A stretch of DNA of 64,000 bases from Hydrolagus colliei (lineage: Eukaryota), in assembly GCA_035084275.1 (NCBI GenBank), contig CM068749.1:14322001-14386000 (forward strand). Reading direction: 5' to 3'. This document shows, in pieces, positions 12,601 through 24,783 of the stretch. Made by a program: the position numbers and the translations under genes. The notes under the pieces were generated by a model. It did no database searches. It worked only from the letters and a program-made list of their open reading frames with translations, and was not told the origin of the DNA. The stretch's first letter is position 1. Each line of letters begins with the position of its first letter.

Positions 12601-13544
12601 CTACCAATGGCAGCTACATATTAACAAGATGCAAAAGAACAACAGGGGTTTAAAGTCTTCTATGGAATTCAGTGGCTTATCTGAAACTTTCCCAAATATA
12701 ATGGCTGAATACACCATGGTCTCTTTGTGTCCAGTAGCATAGTTGACAGAGTTAAAGAAATCCCGAATACAACAAGAGGCACCTGGCTGAGATTCTTTTA
12801 CATTAGATACCAGAATGCAGAACAATTGAGTGAAATCAGGCAGGAATTGTTCCAATGTGCTGTTAAATAACAATATATCAATGATTGCGTTCGATATACA
12901 CATAAAAATGACAAAGTTATTTAAACAATTAATCAGTATCAGCCAACACACCACAAACACGAAAGAGATGAACACCAAATTCAATTGTCTACAATGAAAT
13001 AAGATGAGTGAAAAATATTGGCCAGGTGAATGAGGCACTTCCCATTCCGCTTGAGAATGATGATCTTTTACTTTCATCTAATGCAGGAAAACAAGCAGAG
13101 GAGAATAGTTTATCTCCTCCAAATGACTCTACCTCCAATAGTACTGGACTGCAAGGCACACTTATGAGCACAAGATGCAGGGTAAGATTTGAACACACAA
13201 CCTCGAGCTCATAGACATCAGTGCTACTTACCATCTGAGGTAAACTGATTTTTCTGCCCTTAACCTTCAAAGAAACATTGGTAACATCATTCGTGGAAGA
13301 GACAAATTGGGAAGTTTTGCATTTCCAGTGAAAGTGAGCATCTTCATACCTTGTCAGGGTGTCTTGACAATGATTTTCTATTTAACAAAAACATGACAAT
13401 TGGTCAAGGAACCTATCATATCTTGCAGTCTTGATTTAAGCAGCAGACAGATTAGTTGATTCCCTGTGACAGAGCCAAAACACAATGCAGCTGATACTCT
13501 TTCAAGCAATAAAGCTTGTAAAGAAATGTGACAGAAGTGTTCAT
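12601..13544 (-). pseudogene. Decayed intronless class A (rhodopsin-like) GPCR, neuropeptide-receptor-like
   Basis: Collinear motifs over three frames: possible N-terminus MNTS, TM1 ALCFGSVTGNQLICLLL then SLTN, TM3 CKTSQFVSSTNDVT, TM4 LVLISVPCSP, ECL2 SACFP, TM5 ASFTWPIFF, TM6 FISFVFVVCWL, TM7/H8 ISNAIIDILLF..EQF..F..LFC. Stops, frameshifts and deletions are present, and DRY and NPxxY are lost. Confidence 0.7.
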
Positions 13545-15482
13545 GGAACTCTAATGCTATCCTATAACTGTTTTTCTTTTCATCAAATCACAACAGGAAA
13601 GTGTTACAGCTTGTCACACGGATCTGTCATCCACAGGTAATTGCAACAAATCCATCCGATTGTTTTTTGGAATATGAGAAAAATGCTTGACCCAGCAAGA
13701 ACACTGGCAAATTCAGTGACCAAAATATTCTGTTTTACTAACACACTGAATTTGACATGTACTATATACATGAACTGACTGATCAGAACTGCATCATTAA
13801 ATAAAATATAAATTTAATTGGACCATTATTCAATAACTGTTCAGTATTCGACATTCGGTAAATGTATCCAAAAGGTATTTGATTGATGATTTGCACTCGT
13901 GTGATAATTTTTAAACCTTGTGTATAATATTTTCTAGATCAGCTTAAAAAAAAGCCCTTTCTCAGAATGATAGGTAAGAAGCAGTCAGGTTTCCTTATTC
14001 GTTACAGTTGCAACATGTTGGTAAGTGAAATTCAGTCCTGAAAGTGATTAACCAAATTCTATGCATTCAGGTCAATCTGACTTGTTGAGCTGCTAGGCTA
14101 GTTTACAGTAAAGTTTGGGATATTAAATCAGATATGTGAGTACAAACAGAGCAGAGCAATTCTTTCAAAATTATTTTCTCTAAGTTACTCAGCTGTGCAA
14201 GGAACACATCATCCCAAACATAGTCTTTGGCACAGCAAGTAATTGTTTATTTCATTGATTTGGGGTTGAGAAGGTTGGGGAGGGGGATTAGGAAAAATGT
14301 AAAACTCATCTCAATGAACATAAAAATCCTACTTTTGAAATTGTTTACCAGCATCGCTGCAACTAGTAGTGATAGCAAACTTTATGAGGTGGAGAAAGTG
14401 CTGTATTTATTACATTAATGTTGTATGATATGTGCTATGCCAAAGTGGTGTACTCTTGGCAAGTGTTATTCAATTAGAATCAAGCGATTTGTCTCTACTA
14501 TCACAATTTACAGATCAAAACCTAGTAGTATTCAGCTTTCAGAAAACCCTGAAGTACTGAAGAGAAGAGTTAAAATTTAACATTAGCAGATGCTTTTAGA
14601 AAACTCCCCTTAGGTCACTTACACATTAGATTGCCATACAAAAGAAACAAAAACAGACTTGAAAATAGGTATGTTATATAGATAATGCAATATAGTGTGT
14701 TCTTTTTTTCCAATATTGGGCAAGAATTGTATTTCATAGCAATAATGTCCTGCCAACTTGTAGAAACTGTCCCATAAACTGTGCCAAATAAATAATATCT
14801 ATTGCATTGCATTGATATGTTCATGAAAAACAAACTTATCAGTTTCCCGCATGTTGTGAAATACATAGGACACTTTCCCCCGTGAGGCGAAATACTGACA
14901 GATTCTAATAAATACCTGAAATCCTTCATCTGAGTGAGACTTATTATTCTGCTCTTTCTTGATCTATTGTCCTCTAATAGAGTATAAATATATACAGTAT
15001 ACATAATGCCGCTCCCCTATCTTCCATTACTTCCACACTTACCAGCTGCACTGAATCACGGGAAACATAGCTTTGATCCATTGACGCATACGCAGAAGAA
15101 TTTAATTCCCTGTGATTCAATGCAATTCCAATGCTTGCCGATGAGCATGCATGCGGAGATGGATCAAGATGCATTGAATTGCAGGAAATTTTTGACCTAT
15201 CACCACACGCGCATTCACCAACTGCTGTGACGAAGTACCACACATGCACTTACTGACTGATTTGAATTCCACTTGCAGAGTGTACACTGTTGATTAAATC
15301 AGATTTGATATGACTTACATGTTTTCCTGCAACTCATGTAAGTCACACTAAATGTTATAGTCCTGACTGATATGATGTTTGTGTTTCAACTCAGTAAAGG
15401 AGTAGGTAGATTGCATAGAGAATGGAAATGCAGTGCATAAAGCAGGTGATGTTCTGGAGAAAATATTTTAAGATTTCTTTGA

Positions 15483-15724
15483 GGGGCATCAGGGTAGAGC
15501 CTGAATCTGGTATGTCACGTGGACTTTCCAGTGAGGGACACTAGCTGGTGATCAGGAGAGGAAACCCTTGCTAGACTAGCATTTCTGAGACTAATTTTAG
15601 CATTCCATCTGATGCCCTGAGATCAGCTATCTCAGCACAGTCAAGGGACTGAGCATAGTTATTTCAAGGCTGAATACCTCACTTACACCGAGGCAGTGAC
15701 TTCACCAACTGTGCCGTCAGGAAA
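15483..15724 (-). mobile_element. Ancient AmnSINE2-like SINE
   Basis: CTGAGATCAGCTATCTCAGCACAG and GATCAGGAGAGGAAACCCTTGCT match the recalled reverse-strand consensus; related copies at 36383 and 40882. Confidence 0.55.
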
Positions 15725-16037
15725 CTGAATGTCTAAAGTTTGATGGAAACGTCCCATGTGTAATATGTTCAGTGTAACATCCTGTTCAACAAACTGCAGT
15801 TTCTTGTTTGGTCAGTCAGCTACACATGTACGGAGTTTCTTTACGTTCTGATTTTTTTTTTAAAAATCACTTTTTTTTAAATGAAGAAATTAACAAAAAA
15901 CTGAGAAAAATTGCAGAAATAAGGTACAAGGTTTCAAAGATCCAATAATCCTGTTAACAAGGGCTATATCTGGCTTCTCATCATTCTCGTTTGCGTTGCA
16001 CATTTGTAGGTAGTTGAATTGCACTGCTCAGCTTCAT

Positions 16038-16132
16038 GTGACAAAAGGTCGAAACAGAATATTAATCCATCTTTCTCTTTCAGGTGTTGATTGACCTGTG
16101 GTGCATTTCCAGCACTTTCAGTTTTTATTCAG
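16038..16132 (+). mobile_element. Penelope-like terminal repeat remnant
   Basis: GAAAC...CTCTTTCAGGTGTTGATTGACCTGTGGTGCATTTCCAGCACTTTCAGTTTTTATTCAG resembles a common chondrichthyan Penelope-type terminus. Confidence 0.45.
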
Positions 16133-16982
16133 GATGCCTGTCAGTCACTTCAATCTAACAATTGGGATTGCTGTGATATTCCCTGATCAAGTGAAAAAAG
16201 TATTAAGTCCCCATCTCCCACATATAATATCTGAACCGTAATCAAACCCAGTAAAAATAAGCTTGATTCAGCACTTTCATTCATATCAATCTTAGTCGGG
16301 ATCTTGCTGTAAGTTTATTTTTTTTAGCGCGAGTATTGTCGAATCCAGTTTTTAAGTTTCAATTTGGGTTGCTGATTCGAGCTTTTGGCACCAAGCAGTC
16401 TTCTTAACTATGTGAGTTCTCCTTTTCTTCTGTCATGAAAATTCAAGGTTATTAGAGCTATTCAGAATTTTCCATGAATTATATATTCATCTATTCCACA
16501 TTTCTATGTCACACTGCATTTCACCATGTGAAACACACTAATGTAGAAGAAAAAATAGATACATCATCAATGTGATCATTTTATCAGTAGTACTTTAATA
16601 TTATATTTTCTACAACAATCATTTCGACATTCATTATAAGAAAGGTTTGCTGTATTGATCTATAGTCACTTCCTATTGCTTAATACATCAAAGGTAGTTC
16701 AATATGATCTATCATCTCTAATGCATAAAATGGCAAACCGTGGCTCTCACTTTTCCTAAGCCGTCATCAATGACTATTAAAAAACCATTGTTATCTCTAA
16801 AGGAACCATTATCCATTATGATATAAGTCTGTGTAAATCTTAATCAAGGACACAATGTAATTCATGGTTCATTTTTACACTTGATTTTTCTCTATGTGTC
16901 TTATCTGTATTCCTAATATCAGCTTTAACACAGTACATTTTATGAAGCCACCTAAAAGGGTATTTCTATCACAATATGTGCT

Positions 16983-17220
16983 TCCTGTAGTTCTGTAGTC
17001 AAAGCACTCACCTTGCAAGCGAGAGACCTGGGTTCAATTCCAGGCTGAGCAAAATCTTGGGCAAGTTTCCTTACTCCACATGCTTAACAATAATCCTTCA
17101 TGAAAAAAACAATAAATTGGTCACATCAATCGATGACTGTTTGTGGGACACTGCTGTGCGCAATTGGCTGCTGTGTTTCGCCCACAAATATATAGTAAAT
17201 TCATGAATTATTATTATAAT
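16983..17220 (+). mobile_element. tRNA-derived SINE with 3' internal deletion
   Basis: GAGACCTGGGTTCAATTCCAGGC, TTGGGCAAGTTTCCTTACTCCACA, Deu-like block, short ATT tail. Confidence 0.88.
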
Positions 17221-20200
17221 AAGTACAGTGTTCCACATCTAGCTCTCTATAGCAGGTTATGGTATGTTAAAATGCAATACCATTGTACTAATGTACTGTA
17301 CTTTGGTAAATAGTTAAATTCTTCAAGTAAATCTTTTAAGTGAATTAATCTTGAAGAAAGAACGGTGTCCTAAATCGCTTTAGTTTATGGTGAGCTGAAT
17401 TAGCAGATCTCATTTTAAATAAGATGGGGTTACCATCATTTGAAGCTGTCTGATATTTGACATGCTGGTATCACATACCTGTACATATCATTCAATGCAC
17501 AACCAGTAGAGAAACACAAGGACTGTATTTGAATAGCATGCCCTATCATATTTGTGATACACTGTACATGTTTAGTTTTTTTTAAAAAGTAGTCGGTAGT
17601 ACAAAGGCTGCAAAAAGGTTGGTTTTAAATGTATCTAATGAATGACTTAGATTTATAAGATTACCGGTTCTGAGGGTCCTAAGTGAAAATCCACTTTACA
17701 GTACATCCTGTCAAGCACTTTGAGGCACCTCGATGACGTGATACGGCTCTATTTCAAATGCAAGAATGATTATTATTGTTACTTTTTATACCATTGAGAA
17801 TTGTACTTAAAGGCCACGATTCTAGGCTGTGGTCATCTGCTTGGATATTTTACCATAAAGAGAGGAAATAAAACAGAAATCTATCAATACTATTAAAAAT
17901 ATGTTCATACCATGAACAATAATCAGATTCCCACAGTGTTAATATCATGTAATCAGAGCAGTATTATCAGAAAATATTGAAAACAATTATTCAAAAGCAA
18001 AATGTAATCTTACACCAAATTGACAATGCAGCACAAATTTTCAGTATTTAGCCAATTTCTGTTTTTTCGACAAGTTTCATTGATTCCCCCTCCCCCACTT
18101 CAATGTCATTTAGGACATTCAAAAAGAAAGACAAAAGCAGGTGTTGCTGTCATGCTTAAGTGCTTAAAGTGCTAAAGGTCTCACGTGGAAAGTGGTCTCA
18201 TTGCCGAGTAAGGCTGGCAAACACAACCTAATTTGATAAATGATCAAGTACACTGGAATTCATTTAGCTTAAAGCAAGTCTGTCACAATGTCATACCTAC
18301 AGGAGCATCTAAGAATTAAACATGAGAAAGTCATTCCTTACAAGTTAATTAAGTCAAAACCTCTCGTAATTATGATCAATTTTAGTACAGGTATTCTTCA
18401 CAGGCCATTGGATAGAAATTTCCATTGGATTAGATATACAGTACTCTATTTTTGTAGCATTGCAAAATTTACAGACTGTGCCAAATAAAGCCCTAATTTT
18501 GCTGCTGGTTTTCTATAACTTACAATATCATGCTAATAATCTTTGCATCTGATATCATGTCCTATCGCATTTCAAAGAGCTTCATGGAATTTTACTGTAA
18601 AATGTGGTGACTGGGTATTTGCAATTTTAAGAATTACAGAACTGTTTTCAACATTAAGATTGAATTCAACAACTTGTCAAATTTCGCACACACTGAAACG
18701 CTACATTAAAAAGAGTGAATCTGAACTCAGGTGGAATTTTTCCCTGTGCATTTAAAATCCCCCCAAATAATAGCAAATCTACAAATTTCCATCAAGATAA
18801 ATCACAAAAATTGTGCTTGGACAAAGAGACCTGTTATATATAGTAGTATGTTTTACCAAGTGTTTAAAGTGACTAGGAAGTACTTTAAAGAATCTGAAAA
18901 CAATGTGTTAACAAAGATACAGATTGTCTTGAAATGATCATGATAAAAACAAGTGTGAATATGATCCATTGCAATTTTGCATTGCATGATTACCCATCCA
19001 GACTTGCATGTTTTATCTTTAGAAATAATTTAAATTCTAATTTTCTCTCTGTTTTACATTCTGCTTTTCTCCCGGTTCATGATTATTTCTCGAAACAATG
19101 CATTTTGAGATACTTGATGTAATGAGGCACAATATCAAAGATTATTATTATATGTGGAGAAAAGGGAAGATAGAGATATACAGCAAGAATGGAAGCAATG
19201 GGTAGACTAAAGAAAGTTGGGGTGGGGAGGGAGGGAGGGACTATGATTACTGAACCACGATGGTGCTGTCTGAAAGAAACATCAAAATGACAGAACAGTA
19301 TCACACCTCACGAAGAAAAAAGCTACAGGCTGTCAAAGGAACCCTCACTGCTGCAGAGGCCAGCCAATGTTGTTTTGGAAGAGAGGAAAATTAATAAATA
19401 ATGTGAACCCTGTGATATCACTTTGCTCAGCCATTGCACAGCAGGCCACAGCTGTGCTTCTTAGCAATTCTCTATGTACGTAAGAAGAGCCTGCATTTTC
19501 CCTCTAACATTTGGGAAAACGCATTTATAGTTATTCTTTGAACTTCTACAACCCTTTGGTATGTGCTATGAATGTAATGAGCCATACACTTGTTTCATTA
19601 TTGCTGGATGGGCGACCACTTTGCCTAATATGTAACCCTCCTGTTTGTGAGCAAAATACATATGGGTATAGTGGCTGTCCATCTTATATCATTGCACCAT
19701 GTGTTTCAGTTTCATGTATAACTGCAAAGAGAATGAAAGAATATTCACACCTGTGCAGGTCTCTTGTAAACTTTGAACTGCTTGTTTTTACATGTAAAGC
19801 AATAGTATAGTAGTAAACAACAGTAACACAGAGGACTTGTGATTTATGGCACTCTGGAAGTTGTGATGGCCTAGCTACAGACATATTTTGTAATCACCGG
19901 CATTTCAATTCAGTAAATATGCAAATAATTAAGAGACAACAAGAATAAAATCACAAACATGCTTTAGAACTTCGAAATCAACTTAATAAGTGACAATTCA
20001 GAACTTTTGCACAGCCTTTTGGTGCATAAGAATTCACAAAGCTCATTAAATTCTATGTAGATTTAGATAATGGGTTGGTATTGTTGACAGGCTGTTTAAT
20101 AATTTTGGAAGACAAGCACAAGTGACAACCCAACTGTTTGTAGAGGTGAAGTGTTTAACCACACTGTTCTGCTTGATCAATGGCCTAGAGAATATTTGGC

Positions 20201-20868
20201 ATTCCAAAGTAGGTGTTAGTCACCTTAGTGCTGTATAATAAAACCCTTCTGAAGCGAATGACAGCTTGTTATATATTACGTATTAAGGTTATGCTTTTCA
20301 AATATTGACCTTAAGAAAAAAAATAGTAAGAGATCAAAGGCAGCATAAAAGAACTCTGGAAAAACTTGCACTCTGATGGGAAGAGGTAGAAGACACACCT
20401 GAATAGGTGAAGCAAATCAGACTTCTGTTTTACTGAGGCCTGAGAGGAATATATTGAATCTCACCCTTTTTCAGTATGATTCACTAAAATATAAAAAAAT
20501 GATTTCCCCCCACCACAAAATAAAATAAAAAACACAGACATGTAGCCTTACAAATCAATAAAAGCTCCTGTGGTAAATCCGCAGAGGCTGGCACAAACTA
20601 CTGGATAACTAAATAGGCATAGTGACCACATTCATAATGAGCAATTAAAAACTTCCCCTAAAACAGCTCAACATTTCTTTGCAATATTTATTATTTGGGG
20701 CCAACGCCACTAGGACAGGTTTGAATTTTAAAGGTTGCAAGCAGAAATGCCATTGTATCTTGTTTATACCTCTTGCAAGTTGACCTCTTCACCAGTTAAA
20801 CTTTAGAGGATACTCAAAATCCATATCTTGAGGTGAAAGATCAGACTGCATTTTCTGCTAGGAAAAGT

Positions 20869-20922
20869 GAGCATGTCTGATCTCAGAGCATGTCTGAGCT
20901 CAGAGCATGTCTGAGCAAGACA
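20869..20922. promoter_or_regulatory. 17-bp tandem repeat forming a cluster of p53-family consensus half-sites
   Basis: GAGCATGTCT (perfect RRRCWWGYYY) at 20869, 20886 and 20903, followed directly by GAGCAAGACA at 20913; function untested. Confidence 0.45.
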
Positions 20923-21229
20923 GATTTTCATCACAGATTACTTCACATGTACAACATTTAATAATCTGCATTATCTTTTGGTTGCATTAGAAAAGCTGTA
21001 AACAAAAAAGGAACCACTGTATACTGAAATCAGCAGTTTAAAATTATGTTCATCTTTTTACAAATAAAATCTAGATAGTTGAGTCAGCAACAAGTTGAAT
21101 GAATAAATATGTACAGATTACATTAGTCATAGTTTTTTGAATTATTAATTGTTCACAGGTACAAAAAGTTATCTTTTTCTACCCGTGGATGCTGGATATC
21201 CACAACCTTTTGGGGAAAATTCACATTTT

Positions 21230-21385
21230 GAAGACTGGATAGGTTGATATATATTGTTAGGTTAGGTTATCAAAGGATACTGGACAAGGGCAGGTAATTG
21301 GAGATGAGATGCAGATCAGTCGTGATCTTATAGAATGGCGGAACAGGCTTGAGGGGCTGATTGGGCTACTCCTGTTTCTATACAT
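21230..21385 (+). mobile_element. CR1 LINE 3' end
   Basis: GATCAGTCGTGATCTTATAGAATGGCGGAACAGGCTTGAGGGGCTGATTGGGCTACTCCTGTT. Confidence 0.8.
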
Positions 21386-24300
21386 ATTAAGTATGTATTG
21401 TGTAAGTCTACAACAGACTATACATCTTTGTCTTTCCAATGTGAAGGGCGCTATACATATGTAATTTGTTGTCATTTGTCAAGAATATTAAGATCTGACC
21501 TGTTATATATTCCGGTAGAAGTAGAGTTATGAACAGGTAATTTTGTTGTTGATTGTTGTTCATTTTGCTCAATTTTACAGAAATGAATGTTGTGAAAAAC
21601 GTGTAACAGTTGTGTCTTAACAGAGGATGAAAAACAAATTCCAATCTCTTTGCCCACTTTTGTTCGTAATGAAATTCTATTTGACTTTTAGAAAGCACTT
21701 GTTGAGTTTTCTCTGATACAAACCATATCAGAAAATCAAAGGGAAAAATCAATTACCACTTTTGTGTTTCTTTCTTCTGTAGGTGATTCCTGCAAAGAGC
21801 AGCCTGATTACAGCCAAAAATCGCTGCTGTCGCTGAGCTGCTCACTCGTGTCAGCAAAGGATCTGGGTGGTATTTTAGTGAAAAATACATTCACAATATT
21901 TCTTAGGCAGACTGATCTCTTTGTTCTTCCAAGGATTCGGGGCACAATCAATTGCTGCACTGAAGGAGTTCCACATAAAACAGAATTCACTCAGTAAATC
22001 CCATTTGAGAACAGATAGATTCTTGCCAAGACACAACTGCTACTATTCTCTGTGGTTTACACATTTTTCACAACATCAATTTCCATGAAACATTTTTATG
22101 TTCCAAGCTTATATAGAGTTACAGATAGTGATATGGCAGGAAAACAGGCCATTCGGCCTAACTAGAGTTCACACTCCTCTGGTAAAGTTATGCAGCTTGA
22201 GTACACCTTTATTTTGAAGTACCAAAATACATAAAGGAACAATAAGTCATCCAAGATTACTTCCAATGGTGGATCATTTAGAAGTGGAAGTTCCATTACT
22301 CGGTTAAGCACTTGCTAATTTACCCAGGTATTGCCTGAGTGGAATAATACCACATTCAGACATCCTAGAATGAACACTTTGATCTAATCACTCTGTTCTT
22401 TTGAGTAGGGTGGCTGTATTCATCTAAGTGGGGGTGGTTGGCTCATGTGGGATGAAAAAAACATTATGCTTTCATGTGTGAGTGATTATTTTTCAAGCTT
22501 CAGTTGTGTAAAACAGCGGTTAATTTTTTTTAAATGAATTTGACTCTCCCCTACATCATGAACACACATGCAAATACAAAAATCAGTAAAGGGTGATTTA
22601 ACTTGGTTCAAAAGTGCACCGACAATATATTGGTGTTAGAAAAAGAGTTCTACATCCTCAAAGTCCCTATTAAAAAGGTAGAACAGATTACTGACACTGC
22701 AGTCTAATACGTGACAATTTCTAATTGGATTCCATGATACAAAAAAGTGCATGATGCTGAAGTATGGGAACTCTATCCAACACAATTTACCAAAAATAAT
22801 GGTGTTCCTGTGCATCAGTGTAACAACAGTTTACATTTCTATAGATGGTTTCATGTGGGATAGTGTCTCAGAATGGACTTAACAGTGTACTTCCAGAGTC
22901 TCTGTTCAAATTCTTTATTCAGGAATCCCATTAGAAATCATCACAAACAACACAATGGGGCAAATACACAATCATCCCAATACACAATGGGGCAAATACG
23001 CCCTGATTAACCACCGAAAACTGGACAATATGCTGGAGTTCATAGGTTCTGTACATACATAATGCGGCTCTTTGTGAATCTGTCTAAAAACCATCACCAT
23101 GTAAAACTTGTAAGGAATACACTCAGTTAACAAAACGTAGGTGTGGTTTAAATCTAAACCCCTGTAGATTAATTTTATTAGTCTCCCCCACTATATATTC
23201 GATTCACAATTAAATATGAACAAGCAAGACCAGCTGGTAAAATTGCATTGCAAAAGTATAAAGGAGCCAAATGGTTCCATCTGCTTGTTAGAATTTTGAT
23301 TTAGTTTTTAATACTAGACAGACGTGGTGTCCAACAATATATTGTTGCTCAGATGGTATTCATATAAAGTCAGCATGCACATTTTATGCAAAGTCTTACT
23401 AAATACAAAAGACATTATTCATCACCAACATCAGCAGGCAACCCCCTCTAAATCAACAGAAAAAAAACATAATTTCACACCCTGCTGGTACCCATCGTCT
23501 CTGTGACATAGATGTCTATGCACAGTTCGCAGCTAAATCAAGCACAGTGAGGGTTAATTGGTGGAAGTAGTAAGACAGCTAGCTCACCATTTTGCTCAGT
23601 AAAAAGACCTTCGGTTGTCATTTCCACTGATCTGTCACTCAGCTTCAATACTTTTCAGCTAAATCTTAAACCATCAAAATATGAATGAAGTCACAATGAA
23701 GATTGTGCTTTTGTGAGCAAATCTATGATTTTGGACAAAAAATAAGGGATGACGTGCATGCAACATGAGAAATCTATGAAAAGACTTGACACATTACCAG
23801 TTAGTTATTTTACGAAATAAGACTGGAGGGATATAAGATACAGAAAATATTGTAATGAAATACTCTACCATATTGGTACATTTTTGTTCATTATAACACA
23901 ACGCTTTTTTGTAATAAAGTTTAGGCTGTCCAAACCATTCTCTGAACAGAGAGCCTGTGAGCCCCAAAGGACAGCTATATTATTCTCACTAAAATTACAG
24001 GAGAGGATATATGAAGAATATATAAATCTTACAGACTAGAGTTTCAAGGGATGATCACAAATCTTAGTTAATACAGATTTGTTTTGTGCAGTTTAGAATT
24101 ATTCCAAATATCAAACTCCATTTCAGATGCACCTTACTTAAACTAGGGGATAGGCCAATCCTCTCACGGAAGAACATATTCAAGTTATACAATATGGGGA
24201 ACAGTATTTTAATAATATTATTTTAAAAATTTGTATTCTGATCAGCTTCTAACAGAGAGAGAATAGTACTGGTCTGAGACTTCAAGGAGATTCATACAGA

Positions 24301-24735
24301 TTAAAAACATTAGATTTTTCAGTCATCTTCAACCAACCTTTTTTTTAAAAAAAGGAATTGATGATCAATTTGGACTGTGGGAATTGTCCTCATTTCAGTT
24401 TCTTACTGTTTCATTGAATTCCTATATTAACATTTCAAGGAGCCTCATACAAAATGAATCAGAAGGTAATTGGATCTGGGTCAAACTTGCATAAAATTAA
24501 AGGAATGTACAGCATACTTGACCTACCGCTAAATCACCCTGAAGGAAAAATAAAGCAGATAAAATGCAACCTTCCATGTCACTTAAACACAAGAGATTTG
24601 CCTGCAACACAGAGTTAAAAAGGGGCAATTTTTTTCAAGTCATCACGAGCCACATCTACCTTTCTGCAACAGGCAGCAACATTTCAGTATGAAAACTGAA
24701 ATAAAATTATTCTTAATCTCTGTAATTAAAACTTA

Positions 24736-24783
24736 GTTTTAAGTACAGAAGATTAAGAATCTTAAATCTTCTGTACTTAAAAC
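24736..24783. repeat. Perfect 19-bp inverted repeat
   Basis: GTTTTAAGTACAGAAGATT and AATCTTCTGTACTTAAAAC with a 10-nt spacer. Confidence 0.9.

Noticed and set aside
14615-15004. 129-aa minus-strand ORF
   Set aside because: Composition typical of AT-rich non-coding DNA; no domain or coherent splice boundaries
15043-15109. Minus-strand exon-like segment GIKFFCVCVNGSKLCFP-TGA, considered as a selenocysteine exon
   Set aside because: Weak acceptor, no SECIS identified and no selenoprotein resemblance
22951-22999. Short direct duplications (also near 1670, 60648 and 62341) considered as CRISPR-like arrays
   Set aside because: Only two copies each, eukaryotic context; ordinary local duplications
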